From positions 1-63,437 of the IMG/VR virus record IMGVR_UViG_3300028925_005942: a stretch of DNA of 63,437 nt; one strand, 5' to 3'. The position numbers and the translations under genes are program-made. The first letter of the stretch is position 1; each line of letters opens with the position of its first letter. The DNA comes from a virus (Duplodnaviria > Caudoviricetes). Below, piece after piece: positions 62,132-63,437 of this stretch. The notes under the pieces are model-generated. The model ran no database searches. It was not told where the DNA came from and saw nothing but the letters and a program-made list of their open reading frames with translations.

Positions 62132-62441
62132 TTCTTATTCTATCTAATTCAAATTCTAAATGGTTAATTGCTTTTTGTATACACTCAACACTTGTCGAAT
62201 GCTTCCTTTTTGCTCGGAGCAAATATGTGGTGGCAGTACCGACATTATAGGATAAATCAAAGTCTTCAATCACTTTACGTGCTTCGTAACCATAAACTCT
62301 TCCAATGTAATAGTTAGGAATCTTATCCTTACTGTAATCTACATCTGATTCTGTTGCTTCGTTCTTAGCGCTGTTTGTAGCACTCATGGTGTATCCATTT
62401 CTCCCTTGTTCGTAATAGTACTTATTATGTTTTTCACTCAT
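62121..62441 (-). CDS. DUF3310-like protein
   Basis: PNYY...YNVGTATTYLLRAKRK...IQKAINHLEFE. Confidence 0.7.
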   Translation of the reverse strand: MSEKHNKYYYEQGRNGYTMSATNSAKNEATESDVDYSKDKIPNYYIGRVYGYEARKVIEDFDLSYNVGTATTYLLRAKRKHSTSVECIQKAINHLEFELDRIRNEK

Positions 62442-62850
62442 ATCTTTATTCTAAATTATTCATTTTATCCTCTAACCTCTTGTTAGCTTTATTTCTTTTA
62501 CTTCCTGTCTTACAGCTAAATAGTATTAGTATTGTAGCTGCCAACAGTATGTAGTATATTATTAGTTCCATATTTATTTATTTAAAAGATTTAGTAACTG
62601 GTTGCTCGTATAAATACGGTCTTCACCGTCATAATTTTCATAGATGCAGGTAAAGTTATCATTTCGCCAAGTCCATAACGACTTGACGTTCTTCTTGATG
62701 TGGTCTTTTAATATCCACTTAATCGTTTTGTATGTTCTTTCTTCTTCTTTCATGTTATTGTTTTTTATTTACATAACTTACTATTATAATTGCAACTACT
62801 GCAAAGATGATATAGTACATTAATATCTTTATGGCCATATCACTACTATA

Positions 62851-63057
62851 TTATTTGTCATCTAACGTATTTATATTATTCATTAGGCTTTCATCTATCT
62901 TCCTTCTATTATTTATTGCGTTGCGAACCGATATTTGTGCCCACATCTCTGCGAAGTCTAGTAGTTGTTCTTCTGTGTATTCTTGGTTCCCTTCTGGGTC
63001 AAATACTGAATTCCATTCATCTATCTCATCTGAGTGTAAATATTCTTTTGCATCCAT
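62851..63057 (-). CDS. hypothetical protein
   Basis: ORF track. Confidence 0.55.
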   Translation of the reverse strand: MDAKEYLHSDEIDEWNSVFDPEGNQEYTEEQLLDFAEMWAQISVRNAINNRRKIDESLMNNINTLDDK

Positions 63058-63075
63058 AATTTATTACGCCTATAA

Positions 63076-63309
63076 TTAGTGAGTAGGGCTTTTCTCTGTT
63101 AATTTTTTAATTCTATCTGATATTTTTTTAGCAATAGCTATTTCTAAATAATCCCTTGAGTATATTAATTTTTTAATAGAATGCAATTCTTTTATTACCA
63201 TTTCACTTGAATATTTATCTATAAATAGTTGTATTTCATAATTTGCTTTTTCTGATACACCAAACTTGTGATGTATTTTTGCCATTTCATCTTGTATATT
63301 AACTTCCAT
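63076..63309 (-). CDS. hypothetical protein
   Basis: ORF track. Confidence 0.55.
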   Translation of the reverse strand: MEVNIQDEMAKIHHKFGVSEKANYEIQLFIDKYSSEMVIKELHSIKKLIYSRDYLEIAIAKKISDRIKKLTEKSPTH

Positions 63310-63437
63310 TTTCTATTCGCCCTTATTAGTGAGAGGGACTTTACTCTGTTTATTTTAATATTAATTTAATCTTTTGCCAAAATGTCATTTGTCTATAATC
63401 CCAATAGAAATTAATCGCTTGTGGTACTCCACTTTGG

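Overview
The whole window is AT-rich phage DNA from a podovirus infecting Bacteroidota (probably Flavobacteriia), with a crAss-like virion module. Layout: (i) 1-6.4 kb, minus strand: replication/recombination genes (RusA-like resolvase, Twinkle-type primase-helicase, DUF4373-like initiator, DnaA domain-IV protein, exonuclease VIII-like, ERF). (ii) 6.4-15.6 kb, minus strand: about 35 small early/accessory ORFs punctuated by a repeated palindrome GTAGGAC(T/TT)GTCCTAC. (iii) 15.6-16.8 kb: a repeat-rich non-coding region, probably the genome end/control region. (iv) 16.8-17.6 kb: an operon of tiny basic/Cys-rich proteins. (v) 17.6-58.6 kb, plus strand: tandem GroES-like protein, terminase, portal, scaffold, major capsid protein, adhesin-like fibres, ring and muzzle proteins, ejection proteins including a 2904-aa polyvalent protein, holin, amidase and metallophosphoesterase. 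(vi) 58.7-63.4 kb, minus strand: GroEL, GroES, PhoH and small ORFs. I see no RNA polymerase, DNA polymerase, integrase or CRISPR array. The most notable non-coding signals are: a promoter class with a DnaA-box-like motif 26-27 bp upstream of the Bacteroidota -7 element, alongside a phage-encoded DnaA domain-IV protein; three dispersed iteron-like elements; nine copies of an early-region palindrome forming cassette-like gene boundaries; and six 25-bp IHF-like palindromes. All protein calls come from motif recognition by eye, not database searches.
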